NCBI GenBank assembly: GCA_027022365.1
Contig: JALVYU010000026.1
Coordinates: 384,001 to 448,000, forward strand
Length of the DNA stretch: 64,000 nt
DNA from: Desulfurococcales archaeon
GTDB taxonomy: Archaea; Thermoproteota; Thermoprotei_A; Sulfolobales; Desulfurococcaceae
Direction: 5' to 3'
Below the pieces are notes generated by a model that ran no database searches, was not told where the DNA came from, and saw only the letters and a list, made by a program, of their open reading frames with translations. The position numbers were made by a program, and so were the translations under genes. The first letter of the stretch is position 1, and each line of letters begins with the position of its first letter. Below, piece by piece: positions 41,655-51,508 of this stretch.

Positions 41655-42107
41655 TTACTTTCCCTTTAGAACCTTCTTTCTTTCCTCCATATATTTCTGG
41701 AAGAACTCATAGATTGTCTGTGCTAATGGGCCTGTGCCTTCCACGCCTTTCTCTGTCACCTTGTAGCGGCTCTGGATAATCACAGCTCTAGCTTCAGGTA
41801 TTATCTTGATTAAATGCTCAGGTATACGCATGTTTCTCATGATGAACTCCTTAAAGTCTTCGGGCTCGAATAATGGTATTTCTGTTGTCAGTATCTCCGA
41901 GACTCTTTCTCCCTTGATAAATACTTTAGGATACGTATTACCATTGTTATCAACAGCGTTTTCCAACAATAGGTTCAGACTCGGATGATCGAAACCAACT
42001 AGTTTTCCCTCGTAATATCGTCCATCAGCAAGAATAACCTTGATCTTCTTGTCAACTAGGCCGGCGAGCTCAGCCGCTAATCGTCTGGAAGCATCGATTA
42101 TGCCCAT
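41655..42107 (-). CDS. Sm-like archaeal protein with C-terminal domain (SmAP3)
   Basis: YEGKLVGFDHPSLNLLLENA Sm motif plus an extra C-terminal domain. Confidence 0.85.
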   Translation of the reverse strand: MGIIDASRRLAAELAGLVDKKIKVILADGRYYEGKLVGFDHPSLNLLLENAVDNNGNTYPKVFIKGERVSEILTTEIPLFEPEDFKEFIMRNMRIPEHLIKIIPEARAVIIQSRYKVTEKGVEGTGPLAQTIYEFFQKYMEERKKVLKGK

Positions 42108-42196
42108 ATCGTATCACCTTTAGGGAAAACTAATATCCGAGTAGGGATATATTGAAATTGCGCTTATAATGATATGCCCTACTCGGGGGTTACAAG

Positions 42197-42547
42197 ATGC
42201 CAATATACAAGTGTAGGATTGATAGTATTGAGCCGCTCAGGTTGCCCGATGTTTATAGGGCTAAGCTTAGCTGTGATAATGTATCAATGGAAGTAGAGCT
42301 TCATGAAAAGATAATGAAGTTAAAACAAGGGACGGATGTTGAGGTATATATTGATAAGAGTAAGGATAAGTGTCTGCAACATGATTTCTGTGGCCGAGCA
42401 CATGTAGTTTCGATCAATAAATTCGAAGACTATTATCGTGTGGTATTATCTATTGCGGGGCTTCTTGTTGTTATCAAGCTTCGTGAACAGCCTAGGGCAC
42501 CGTTTAAAGTTATGAATGAAGTATATGTTGGTATTAGATATGTTTAA
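42197..42547 (+). CDS. rpo8: RNA polymerase subunit Rpo8 (RpoG)
   Basis: OB-fold-like, DFCGRAHVV, LSIAGLLV, VYVGI; size and context fit crenarchaeal Rpo8. Confidence 0.8.
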   Translation: MPIYKCRIDSIEPLRLPDVYRAKLSCDNVSMEVELHEKIMKLKQGTDVEVYIDKSKDKCLQHDFCGRAHVVSINKFEDYYRVVLSIAGLLVVIKLREQPRAPFKVMNEVYVGIRYV

Positions 42548-42656
42548 GTTATGATATAATACCTTTCTTAGCAAAAATACTCCATTCTTGATCATGTATT
42601 TAAGCATATGTAAGATAATCTTCCTAAATAAGGGAGCCAATTATAGAGGGGCGATA

Positions 42657-42992
42657 TTGAAACGTGAGACTACGATATTGGTCGAACTGCTTAGGTACTA
42701 TGATTCCACCGATGACAAGGTATTCGAAGAGCTTCTCGAGCTACAGCGGTATATAGCTCTCCGGACAGCCAAAAACAAGGATTTAGAATACTATATTATA
42801 TCTTATAGTAAGAACAAGGGGAAAGATAAGGGCGTTGTAATAGTAATTCGAGGAATACCTGAAATGACATATAGAGAATCAGAACTACTTGTAGACTATA
42901 TCAAGAGCAGATTCACCACGATCACTTGTAACCGCCTAAATCGTGGCAAGACAGTAAAGCTAGAACTTCCTGTGCCGCAAAATTTTTTCTAA
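42657..42992 (+). CDS. Hypothetical protein; probable N-terminal part of a frameshift fusion with the downstream ATPase
   Basis: TTG start after GGGGCG; ends ...PVPQNFF* on A AAT TTT TTC TAA. Confidence 0.65.
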   Translation: MKRETTILVELLRYYDSTDDKVFEELLELQRYIALRTAKNKDLEYYIISYSKNKGKDKGVVIVIRGIPEMTYRESELLVDYIKSRFTTITCNRLNRGKTVKLELPVPQNFF

Positions 42993-43033
42993 GGCTCTTT
43001 AGGAGAAGATATGATCAAATAAAAGGATTTGTT

Positions 43034-44107
43034 GTGGTCAATTTTATGCAGGCGAGTATTAGATATCCTGTACAACTTATTGGTAGAAGTATTGAGAACC
43101 GCATGGGGAATAATGGAATAGTTCTAGGGAAGGCCCTCGGCTGTAAGCAGGAGCCACTTATTGTAATGCCAGTTAGTGTGCTGTATAGACATATTCTCGT
43201 GGTGGGGGCAACTGGTTCTGGCAAGACTAGGACAACGGCATTCATTATTAACTCATTACAACACGCCTATCCAGACAAGTATAGGGTGATAATCCTAGAT
43301 TGGCATGGTGAGTACAGTTCTCTTTTGAAAAAATATATTTATATAAATCCTTATAATGCCCCCATCAATATCGTTGATACTAAAACATTATCATGGATAG
43401 AAACATTATATGATGTACTGGGGCTAACAGATCCTCAAGCGTATGTTCTCCAGAAAATAATCGAGAAATCGAATATTGCTCCAAGTATTGATATCAAGAA
43501 ACTATATAGGCTAATCGAAGAAATGAATACCGAGAATGCTAAATGGATGAAAGAAGTAAAATACGCATTACTAAGAAGACTCGCCCCACTGGCCTACGGT
43601 GATAATTATAAACTCTTTACAGGGACCAAAGACTTTCTCGAGCTGTTCAAAAATAGGACTACCTATGTTATAGATCTAAGTATGATACGGGAGACAAGGA
43701 TTAAGAGAATATACGCTACATTCATTATTCGTTATGTTTTCGACTATGCTTTAAGGAATAGTATGCGCGACACTGTACTTGTGATCGAAGAAGCACATAA
43801 TCTTATGAAGAAGAGTGATTCTCTAGAAATAATTACACGTATGTTATCAGAGATACGTAAGTTTGGTGTTGGTGTTATAATAGTTTCTCAGTCCCCCAGC
43901 GGACTTAGTGATGATATTATGAAGAACACTGCTTCCAAGATAATTCACTCAATAAAATCCTCCGTAGACTTAGAAACTATATCTAGATCGCTCGTATTGG
44001 ATAAAGAACTCATTAGCATAATTCCTTATCTCGAACCGGGAGAAGCAGTCGCGGCACTACCTAATTATAAAAAGCCATTATTGGTTAAAATAGGGGGGTT
44101 TACCTGA
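43034..44107 (+). CDS. HerA/VirB4-like P-loop ATPase (DUF87), possibly CedD-like
   Basis: RHILVVGATGSGKT, ILDWHGEY, VIEEAHN, SEIRKFGVGVIIVSQSP; frame is open upstream to 42932. Confidence 0.88.
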   Translation: MVNFMQASIRYPVQLIGRSIENRMGNNGIVLGKALGCKQEPLIVMPVSVLYRHILVVGATGSGKTRTTAFIINSLQHAYPDKYRVIILDWHGEYSSLLKKYIYINPYNAPINIVDTKTLSWIETLYDVLGLTDPQAYVLQKIIEKSNIAPSIDIKKLYRLIEEMNTENAKWMKEVKYALLRRLAPLAYGDNYKLFTGTKDFLELFKNRTTYVIDLSMIRETRIKRIYATFIIRYVFDYALRNSMRDTVLVIEEAHNLMKKSDSLEIITRMLSEIRKFGVGVIIVSQSPSGLSDDIMKNTASKIIHSIKSSVDLETISRSLVLDKELISIIPYLEPGEAVAALPNYKKPLLVKIGGFT

Positions 44108-44122
44108 AAAACTTTGAAGAAC

Positions 44123-45766
44123 TTACTCTTCTTCCTCTTCACCGCTCTTTCCAGTCTCTTCGGGTTTTTCGACCTTACTTGCTGCTATAATGTCATCGAT
44201 TCTTAGAATTATTGTTGCGGCCTCTGTTCCTGCCTTTAGCGCGTTAGCTTTTATGCTTACTGGCTCAATTACGCCTAGCTCCATCATATTGGCAAGATCT
44301 CCTGTGAATACATTGACACCCGTCCACTTACCCTCTGGTGTCTCGTGGGCTGCCCTCAGCTTCATTATTATTTCTACTGGGTCTAGTCCAGCGTTCTCTG
44401 ATAGTGCCATGACTAGTCCTTCTAGTGCCTTTGCAAAAGCCTCGATTGCCAGCTGCTCCTTGCCTCCGACAGTCTTTGCAAATTTTCTGAGATGCTTTGC
44501 TAGCTCGGTCTCAACGGCTCCTCCGCCTGCAACGATCTTCCCGTCCTTGATAGCATCTGCAACAGCTGCCAGAGCATCTCGTAGGCTTCTCTCAGCCTCA
44601 TCAACCAGTCTCTCGAGTCCTCCACGTATCACTATGCTTACCGCCTTGGGGTTCTTGCATCCCTCAATGAACACCATTTTGTCTTCTCCAACTTTTCTCT
44701 CTTCAACAAGCTTTGCTTCGCCGAGATCCTCGGGTCTTAGGTCGTCGATGTTGCTTACTATTCTTCCTCCTGTTGCTCTTTCTAGTTTTTCCATGTCGCT
44801 TCTCTTTACTCTTCTTACTGCTAGTATTCCTTTCTTGGCGAGGAAGTGCTGGGCAACCTCATCAATACCCTTCTGACAAATCACAACATTAGCACCAGTC
44901 GAAGCAATCTTCTCAACCATCTTCTTGAGGATCTCTTCCTCCTGCTCCAGGAATGCTTTTAGCTGTGAAGGGTCGGTTATTCTGATCTCTGCATCGATCT
45001 CGGGCTTTTCTATCTCTAGTGGTGCATCAATTAATGCTATCTTGGCGTTTTCAACTTTTCTAGGCATACCCGGATGGACTACTTCTTTGTCAAGAACTAC
45101 ACCGTATACTAGCATCGAGTCAACTAAGCTACCGCCATACTTCTTTATGATCTGTACGTTGTCTAGGTCGATGTAGTATTTGTTACCTCTTTTCTCAACG
45201 ATCTGTTTGACGGCCTTGACGGCTAGTTCGGCGAAGTATTCTCTTGCATCGTGCACAGCTTTACTTGTGAGGCTAGTCTTAGCGATCTTCTTGAGGGTTT
45301 CCTCATCGTTTATGTCTATGGGCTCCGCGATCTCGTAGAGATACTTGAGTGCCTCATCAAGTGCCTTTCTATAACCGCTGACTATGACTGTTGGATGTAT
45401 GTTCTTATCTAGAAGCTCCTCGGCATGTCTCAATAGTTCGCCAGCAAATATTACAGCAGTCTTAGTTCCATCACCAACTTCTTCGTCCTGACCCTTTGCA
45501 ATCTGTACTAGCATTTTGGCTGCTGGATGCTGAACCTCCATTTTATCGAGAATTGTTGCGCCGTCATTGGTTATTGTTACATCTCCTAGGGCATCTACAA
45601 GCATTTTATCCATTCCTTTCGGGCCGTAAGTTGTTCTTAGGGTTTCTGAAATGGCTCTTACAGCCATTATGTTTGTTCTTAGGGCCTCTCTTCCTACGGT
45701 TCTCTTAGTGCCTTCCTTGAGTATTAGTACAGGTATTCCCATAGGCTCGACTACCATTGTGATCAC
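44123..45766 (-). CDS. thsB: Thermosome (group II chaperonin) subunit, beta-like
   Basis: [30 protein letters not shown]. Confidence 0.93.
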   Translation of the reverse strand: MITMVVEPMGIPVLILKEGTKRTVGREALRTNIMAVRAISETLRTTYGPKGMDKMLVDALGDVTITNDGATILDKMEVQHPAAKMLVQIAKGQDEEVGDGTKTAVIFAGELLRHAEELLDKNIHPTVIVSGYRKALDEALKYLYEIAEPIDINDEETLKKIAKTSLTSKAVHDAREYFAELAVKAVKQIVEKRGNKYYIDLDNVQIIKKYGGSLVDSMLVYGVVLDKEVVHPGMPRKVENAKIALIDAPLEIEKPEIDAEIRITDPSQLKAFLEQEEEILKKMVEKIASTGANVVICQKGIDEVAQHFLAKKGILAVRRVKRSDMEKLERATGGRIVSNIDDLRPEDLGEAKLVEERKVGEDKMVFIEGCKNPKAVSIVIRGGLERLVDEAERSLRDALAAVADAIKDGKIVAGGGAVETELAKHLRKFAKTVGGKEQLAIEAFAKALEGLVMALSENAGLDPVEIIMKLRAAHETPEGKWTGVNVFTGDLANMMELGVIEPVSIKANALKAGTEAATIILRIDDIIAASKVEKPEETGKSGEEEEE

Positions 45767-45911
45767 CTAAGCTTGTAATGGTTATGTATTACCTCTTTTG
45801 CCATTATACCACATAAATGTGCTTCTATATAAAGTTAACTCTCGCAGGAGAACAATAATTTTAAAACCACATATATCATTCAAAATCAACAGTGCCTAAG
45901 TGGTGATAGGA

Positions 45912-46124
45912 ATGGGTAAAGTAAGAACGAAAATGATCAAAAGAACCGCTAGAGAGCTACTTGAGAAGTATCCTGACGTATTCACAAATGATTTTGAGCA
46001 CAACAAGAAAGTAGTTAGTCAGCTCGTTATAACAGGATCAAAACGTGTGAGAAATCAGATAGCGGGTTACATAACGCACCTAGTGAATATAAGGCTTAAG
46101 CGTGAAGCACGTACAATTTCTTAA
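45912..46124 (+). CDS. rps17e: 30S ribosomal protein S17e
   Basis: MGKVRTKMIKR, FTNDFEHNKK, RNQIAGYIT. Confidence 0.96.
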   Translation: MGKVRTKMIKRTARELLEKYPDVFTNDFEHNKKVVSQLVITGSKRVRNQIAGYITHLVNIRLKREARTIS

Positions 46125-46147
46125 CATATCTTAGCAATCAAGGTTAG

Positions 46148-46675
46148 TTGAAATTGGATAAAATTAAAGCATCTAATGATACATCACATCTTTCAATCAA
46201 TATCGAGATTCAAGGAAGCAGAATCCTAATTAACTACTTGGGTAAAGAGATCAAGGCATACATTTATGTATGTAATGGAACAAGAAAGACTATCGATGAA
46301 GAACTAAAGGAACTAGATATCTCCCCATATCATCCCATAGCTATTATACCTTTTACTATGATAAATTCCATTTGGCAAATAATATTTGGTATAATCAGTT
46401 ACGAAATTATATACACATATCGGAAAAACCTATATAATAAAATTAAAAACAAGGGGCTACTCCTATCTATGCTGATAACGGGCGAGCGACAGCTAAGTGA
46501 TATTATCAATAGACTAAGAGAGGAGTATGCCCGCTCTAACTCAAGATACTTTGTGGTTTCTCTTCAAGACCCCGTAATCCTGCCTGATAAATGTAGTGAA
46601 GATGTTCAGCTCAATACATCTATTGAGCCGATGCATCTTGTAAAAAACGTAAATAATTATCTGAGATTAGTATGA
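46148..46675 (+). CDS. Hypothetical protein, possibly divergent KEOPS Cgi121
   Basis: KIKNKGLLLSMLITGERQLSDII resembles the Cgi121 LLYLSGxRQIxxAI motif. Confidence 0.45.
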   Translation: MKLDKIKASNDTSHLSINIEIQGSRILINYLGKEIKAYIYVCNGTRKTIDEELKELDISPYHPIAIIPFTMINSIWQIIFGIISYEIIYTYRKNLYNKIKNKGLLLSMLITGERQLSDIINRLREEYARSNSRYFVVSLQDPVILPDKCSEDVQLNTSIEPMHLVKNVNNYLRLV

Positions 46676-46689
46676 GGGCCCGGTAAAAA

Positions 46690-46782
46690 TTACCATTCTT
46701 CCTCTTCTTCCCACCACTCTTCTTCCTCTTCCCATTCTTCCTCTTCTTCTTCCCACCATTCCTCCTCGAGGTATACCACCAT
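46690..46782 (-). CDS. 30-aa acidic Glu/Trp microprotein
   Basis: MVVYLEEEWWEEEEEEWEEEEEWWEEEEEW*; GGGGGA 6 nt before ATG; mixed GAA/GAG codons; T5 after the stop. Confidence 0.65.
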   Translation of the reverse strand: MVVYLEEEWWEEEEEEWEEEEEWWEEEEEW

Positions 46783-46963
46783 AAATTATCCCCCGTGTAT
46801 CTGTTGGCCCATAATGGAATTGGCTCCTAAATGATATTAAAACGTATGGTTGTATCAAAAAGGCCGCCTACTATATATAGTAAGGTTCTTGTTGATAGGC
46901 AATTTTTAATAACCCATATGTTACAATCCATATGCGTAACTCTTGGTAAAAGATTAACAGTTA

Positions 46964-47260
46964 ATGGGGACAGATATGGTCAGATTTTGTCCCAGATGTG
47001 GTGGACCAATGGTTCCCGTCAAGAAAGACAAGCAAGTATATCTTAGATGTCTCAGATGCGGCTACACGATCAGGGCCGATAAAAAAGCTGCGGAATCCTA
47101 TAGAATGAAGTACCAGGTTGAGGAAGATAAGAGAGTTATAACTTCAAAAGCCACGGAAGCTAAACGCCTTGCCCTTTCCCCAGAAGAGAGAGAAATTCTT
47201 AGGGAATACTACGAAGTATTTCTTGAAACGTTTCAGGAAGAGGAAGGCGGTGAGGATTAA
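46964..47260 (+). CDS. RpoM/TFS-like N-terminal zinc-ribbon protein
   Basis: MVRFCPRCGGPMVP...CLRCGY; no second Zn ribbon; acidic tail. Confidence 0.75.
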   Translation: MGTDMVRFCPRCGGPMVPVKKDKQVYLRCLRCGYTIRADKKAAESYRMKYQVEEDKRVITSKATEAKRLALSPEEREILREYYEVFLETFQEEEGGED

Positions 47261-47270
47261 AAGAGATATG

Positions 47271-47338
47271 TTATCAGTACCTCACCCGAAGTCATCATTA
47301 GCCGTTAAGGCCTCTGTGCCGTCACCAATCATCATTTA
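47271..47338 (-). ncRNA. Box C/D sRNA
   Basis: Minus strand: ATGATGA-ttggtgacggca-CAGA-spacer-ATGATGA-cttcgggtgaggta-CTGA. Confidence 0.8.
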
Positions 47339-47460
47339 GTCCGGCATAAATTACTCTACTAAAATATCCTTTAATAACTAGATTCTCGGTTTTTCTTGAA
47401 TTGAATGGATTGAACTAAGTAAACTACTCTAGGCTTTGCCTGAACATTACATATAGCGGG

Positions 47461-49293
47461 TTGATATCAATGACAAGGATAGCTGTGGTCGACAGAGAAT
47501 ACTGTAAACCTAATAAGTGTGGCTTAGAATGCATACGCTTCTGCCCAGTAAACAAGAGTCGCCGAGGAACTGCGATTGAATTATCCAACGATGGGCGCCA
47601 TGTAATAATACATGAAGATACATGTATAGGGTGCGGGATATGCGTTAGAAAATGCCCGTTCAAAGCGATAAGCATAGTCAATCTACCGGATGAGCTCGAG
47701 AAAAACGTTATCCATAGGTATGGCGAAAACATGTTCAAACTCTATAATCTCCCAATGATCCGGCCCGGTAAGATAATGGGCATAATAGGGCGGAATGGAA
47801 GTGGTAAAACGACCAGTGTGAAAATTCTGTCTGGATTATTAAAGCCGAACCTTGGGAGATACGATGATCCCCCCGAATGGGACGAGATAATTAAGGCCTT
47901 CAGAGGTACTGAGATACAGAACTATTTGAAGAAACTAGCCAATGGCGAGATCAAAGCAGTTGTTAAAATACAGTATGTCGAGCTCGCAAAACGTATGCTG
48001 AAGGGCCGTGTCGGCGAATTATTGAAGAAGGCTGATGAAAGAGGACTATATAGGGAAATCGTTGAAGCATTAGGACTTAAGCACTTGTCCGATAGAAAGA
48101 TAACCAATCTTAGTGGCGGTGAGTTGCAGAAGTTCTTAGTTGCTGCTGTACTGTTGAAAGACGCCGACTCATACTTCTTTGACGAGCCATGCAGCTATCT
48201 AGACATCAGAGAACGAATGCGTGTTGCTAGAGCTATTAGAGAATTCATCGATGTAAGTAAGAAGTATGTTGCAGTAATAGAGCACGACCTAATGATCCTC
48301 GATTACATTAGCGATCAAATATCGGTCATCTTTGGCGAGCCAGGAGTCTACGGCATTGTTTCTAAGCCCTACGGTACCAGGGCAGGTATTAATAATTACC
48401 TTGAGGGCTATCTGCCGGCGGAGAACATGAGGATTCGGAGAGAACCAATAATATTCAAGATAACTGTATCCCAACAACAACAGAGTACAGAAGAGTATCC
48501 TATTGTTAAATGGACAGATATGATGAAAAAGTATGAGAGTTCAGGTTTCATTCTACGTGTTGAGGGCGGAGAAATATATCCCGGTGAAGTATTAGGTGTG
48601 CTGGGTCCTAACGGAATAGGTAAAACAACATTTGTAAAAATACTAGCCGGGATACTCAGGCCCGATGAAGGGGATGTCATTATATCTGTCGAAAAGATAA
48701 GCGTTAAGCCTCAAGAACTTTCACCAAAGATTTTCCCCGAGGAAACAGTTGCGGCTAATCTTCGTAGAGCGTCACCAGAGGCGGTGAACCCAGCGTCTTG
48801 GATCTACGCCGAACTAGTAAGAAAACTCGGCCTTAACAAAATGATGGAGAGACGAGTTGATGAGCTCAGTGGTGGTGAGCTACAAAAATTAGCTGTTGCG
48901 GTCGCATTGGCGACGCCTGCAGATTTATATTTACTTGATGAACCATCGGCTTATCTCGATATTGAGGAAAGACTGGCTATTGCTAAAGTGATCCGGAGAA
49001 TCATTGAGGAGAAAAGGAAAACAGCGCTCGTAGTAGAGCATGATCTGATGTTGCAAAACTTTGTGGCAAATAGAATTATGGTCTTCAAAGGTATACCTGG
49101 GAAAGAAGGATACACGACATCACCGCTGGATATTAGCGCGGGATTCAATGAACTCTTGAAAGAGCTGGATGTTACGGTAAGAAGGGATCCGCAGACCGGC
49201 AGACCTAGAGTAAATAAACCGGGCTCTTATCTCGACAGGTACCAGAAAAGTATTGGACAATACTACCTCCCCGAGATTGTGTCGGAGAAATAA
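47461..49293 (+). CDS. Ribosome recycling ATPase ABCE1/RLI
   Basis: N-terminal Fe-S cysteines and two ABC domains (GRNGSGKT, GPNGIGKT, LSGGELQ twice). Confidence 0.95.
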   Translation: MISMTRIAVVDREYCKPNKCGLECIRFCPVNKSRRGTAIELSNDGRHVIIHEDTCIGCGICVRKCPFKAISIVNLPDELEKNVIHRYGENMFKLYNLPMIRPGKIMGIIGRNGSGKTTSVKILSGLLKPNLGRYDDPPEWDEIIKAFRGTEIQNYLKKLANGEIKAVVKIQYVELAKRMLKGRVGELLKKADERGLYREIVEALGLKHLSDRKITNLSGGELQKFLVAAVLLKDADSYFFDEPCSYLDIRERMRVARAIREFIDVSKKYVAVIEHDLMILDYISDQISVIFGEPGVYGIVSKPYGTRAGINNYLEGYLPAENMRIRREPIIFKITVSQQQQSTEEYPIVKWTDMMKKYESSGFILRVEGGEIYPGEVLGVLGPNGIGKTTFVKILAGILRPDEGDVIISVEKISVKPQELSPKIFPEETVAANLRRASPEAVNPASWIYAELVRKLGLNKMMERRVDELSGGELQKLAVAVALATPADLYLLDEPSAYLDIEERLAIAKVIRRIIEEKRKTALVVEHDLMLQNFVANRIMVFKGIPGKEGYTTSPLDISAGFNELLKELDVTVRRDPQTGRPRVNKPGSYLDRYQKSIGQYYLPEIVSEK

Positions 49294-49422
49294 TATTATC
49301 AATTTTGTTTTAATCAATATATTAAACTCATATATGTAATTTATTGCTGGGATACAAAGCTAGATTTAAAACCATCATTTTAATATAATATATATGGCAC
49401 AATTGTAATCGTTGAAAAATGG

Positions 49423-50580
49423 GTGATTGTAATGGCTGAGAAGATAACTCTTTCCGTGATAAAAGCAGATGTAGGGAGCCTAGCCGGGCATCACATGCCG
49501 CATCCTGACCAATTAGCAGCTGCGACAAAGGTTCTTGCTGAGGCGAAACAGAAAGGATTGATCATTGATTTCTATGTGACACACGTAGGTGACGACATAC
49601 AGCTCATAATGACGCATAGAAAGGGTGTAGATAGCCCAGAAATACATGAACTAGCTTGGAACGCTTTCCAGGCTGCTGCAAAGGTCGCACGAGAACTAAA
49701 ACTATATGCAGCTGGGCAGGATCTACTAAGCGATGCTTTCTCCGGGAATGTTAGGGGATTAGGTCCCGGAGTAGCCGAGATCGAGATGGAGGAGCGTAAA
49801 GCCGAGACCGTGATAACGTTTCACGCTGACAAGACAGAGCCTGGAGCGTTTAACCTTCCCATATTCAGGATATTCGCAGATCCGTTCAACACTGCAGGAC
49901 TGGTAATAGATCCCAGGATGCATGAAGGCTTCATCTTCGAGGTATATGATGTATTCGAAGGCAGGAGCGTCAAGCTCAAGAGCCCCGAAGAGATGTACGA
50001 CATTCTCGCATTAATTGGTACGCCAAGCCGCTATGTAATCAGACGTGTGTATAGAAAGGACGGCCTACAGGCAGCAGTTGTGAGCGTTGAAAGGCTCAAT
50101 CTCATCGCGGGCAAATACGTTGGTAAAGATGACCCGGTGGCCATTGTACGTGCACAGCACGGCCTACCAGCAGTCGGTGAAGTGCTTGAGGCATTTAGCT
50201 TCCCGCATCTAGTGGCTGGCTGGATGCGTGGAAGTCATCATGGCCCAATAATACCGGTGCCGCTAAAGTATGCTAGAGTAACAAGGTTCGATGGACCACC
50301 AAGAATAATTGCGCTGGGCTGGAACATTTGTAAGGGCAGGCTGATCGGCCCAGCAGACTTGTTCGACGATGTTGCATTCGATGAAACCAGGAGGCTAGGA
50401 AACCTGATAGCAGAATACATGAGGAGACATGGCCCATTCATGCCGCACAGACTAGGGCCTGAAGAGATGGAGTATACAACACTGCCTCAAGTACTTGAGA
50501 AGCTTAAAGACAGGTTCGTAAAGACGGAAGAAGTACATGTGATAAAGAAGCATAGTGAGCTGTTGAGCGGGAGTCAGTAA
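49423..50580 (+). CDS. fbp: Bifunctional fructose-1,6-bisphosphate aldolase/phosphatase
   Basis: IKADVGS, HVGDD, GQDLLSDAFSGN, DKTEPGAFN, YVGKDDP. Confidence 0.96.
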   Translation: MIVMAEKITLSVIKADVGSLAGHHMPHPDQLAAATKVLAEAKQKGLIIDFYVTHVGDDIQLIMTHRKGVDSPEIHELAWNAFQAAAKVARELKLYAAGQDLLSDAFSGNVRGLGPGVAEIEMEERKAETVITFHADKTEPGAFNLPIFRIFADPFNTAGLVIDPRMHEGFIFEVYDVFEGRSVKLKSPEEMYDILALIGTPSRYVIRRVYRKDGLQAAVVSVERLNLIAGKYVGKDDPVAIVRAQHGLPAVGEVLEAFSFPHLVAGWMRGSHHGPIIPVPLKYARVTRFDGPPRIIALGWNICKGRLIGPADLFDDVAFDETRRLGNLIAEYMRRHGPFMPHRLGPEEMEYTTLPQVLEKLKDRFVKTEEVHVIKKHSELLSGSQ

Positions 50581-50656
50581 ATAATCTAAAATTCTAGTTT
50601 TTTATTTGACTTTGTGTTAATGTAAAACAATATTTTATAACTTCCAAGGTGACAAA

Positions 50657-51352
50657 ATGCCCCGCCCAATAATTGCCGTTAACTTCAAGGCATATTATCC
50701 CTATAGCTTCGGTGAGCATGCACTTAGGATAGCCCGGGATGCAGTCAAGATTGTTGATGAGTATGATGTAGACGTTATACTTGCCCCTCCTTTCACCGAA
50801 ATATACAGGATACTAGAGATTGTACGGGGAAGCAGAGTAAAGGTCTATGCGCAACACGCTGACCCTGTGGAGCCCGGCGCTAGAACAGGCTTCATACCCG
50901 TAGAAGCAGTAAAAGAGATCGGTGCTAATGGCTTAATACTGAATCATAGCGAGCACAGGTTAAAGCTGGCGGACATTAATTGGTTGATCAAGAAAGCAAG
51001 GAAATTGTCTCTCGAGCAAATAGTCTGTGCAGACGTGCCTGAAACAGCGGCAGCAGTATCGGTTCTCAATCCCGACATCGTGGCTGTCGAGCCTCCTGAG
51101 CTCATAGGGACAGGTATCCCTGTTAGTAAGGCTAAGCCTGAAGTGATAACGAGAAGCGTTGAACTCGTTAAGAAACATAACCCGGACATAGTACTGCTAA
51201 CAGGTGCTGGTATAAGCAAAGGTGAAGACGTTTATGCCGCAATTAGACTAGGAACACTAGGCGTTCTCGTCGCTTCAGCCATAGTAAAAGCAAAGGATCC
51301 CTACACAGTTATGAAGGATATGGCGGAGAATGCATTGAAAGCATTAAAGTAA
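50657..51352 (+). CDS. tpiA: Triosephosphate isomerase
   Basis: VNFKAY, LNHSE, AVEPPELIGTG, GVLVAS. Confidence 0.95.
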   Translation: MPRPIIAVNFKAYYPYSFGEHALRIARDAVKIVDEYDVDVILAPPFTEIYRILEIVRGSRVKVYAQHADPVEPGARTGFIPVEAVKEIGANGLILNHSEHRLKLADINWLIKKARKLSLEQIVCADVPETAAAVSVLNPDIVAVEPPELIGTGIPVSKAKPEVITRSVELVKKHNPDIVLLTGAGISKGEDVYAAIRLGTLGVLVASAIVKAKDPYTVMKDMAENALKALK

Positions 51353-51394
51353 ATTTTAATTTTTCCCGTAACACTAAATCCTTTCCTAGAGTCT

Positions 51395-51498
51395 GCCGCC
51401 GTAGCTCAGCCGGTAGAGCGCCGGCCTCGTAACGGGTTCCTAAAAAGCTCCGAGGTCGAGATAGCCGGTGGTCGCGGGTTCAAATCCCGCCGGCGGCT
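51395..51498 (+). tRNA. tRNA-Thr(CGT) with 31-nt intron at 37/38 (51432-51462)
   Basis: GCCGCCG acceptor stem, CCGGC-CTCGTA/A-GCCGG arm, BHB central helix CTCG/CGAG. Confidence 0.92.
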
Positions 51499-51508
51499 TT
51501 ACTCTTAT

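Noticed and set aside
42550-42600. A third copy of the damage-response element upstream of the HerA-like locus
   Set aside because: The best match (AATACCTTTC) does not fit ANTTTC or the 14-mer.
44190-44876. Long antisense ORFs (also 13145-13780, 38277-38831, 10051-10620 and others)
   Set aside because: Mirror frames of highly expressed genes, Ser/Leu-rich and without motifs.
46667-46858. 63-aa Gly/Arg-rich ORF
   Set aside because: Alternative frame of the Glu/Trp ORF; synonymous variation and the RBS favour the Glu/Trp frame.
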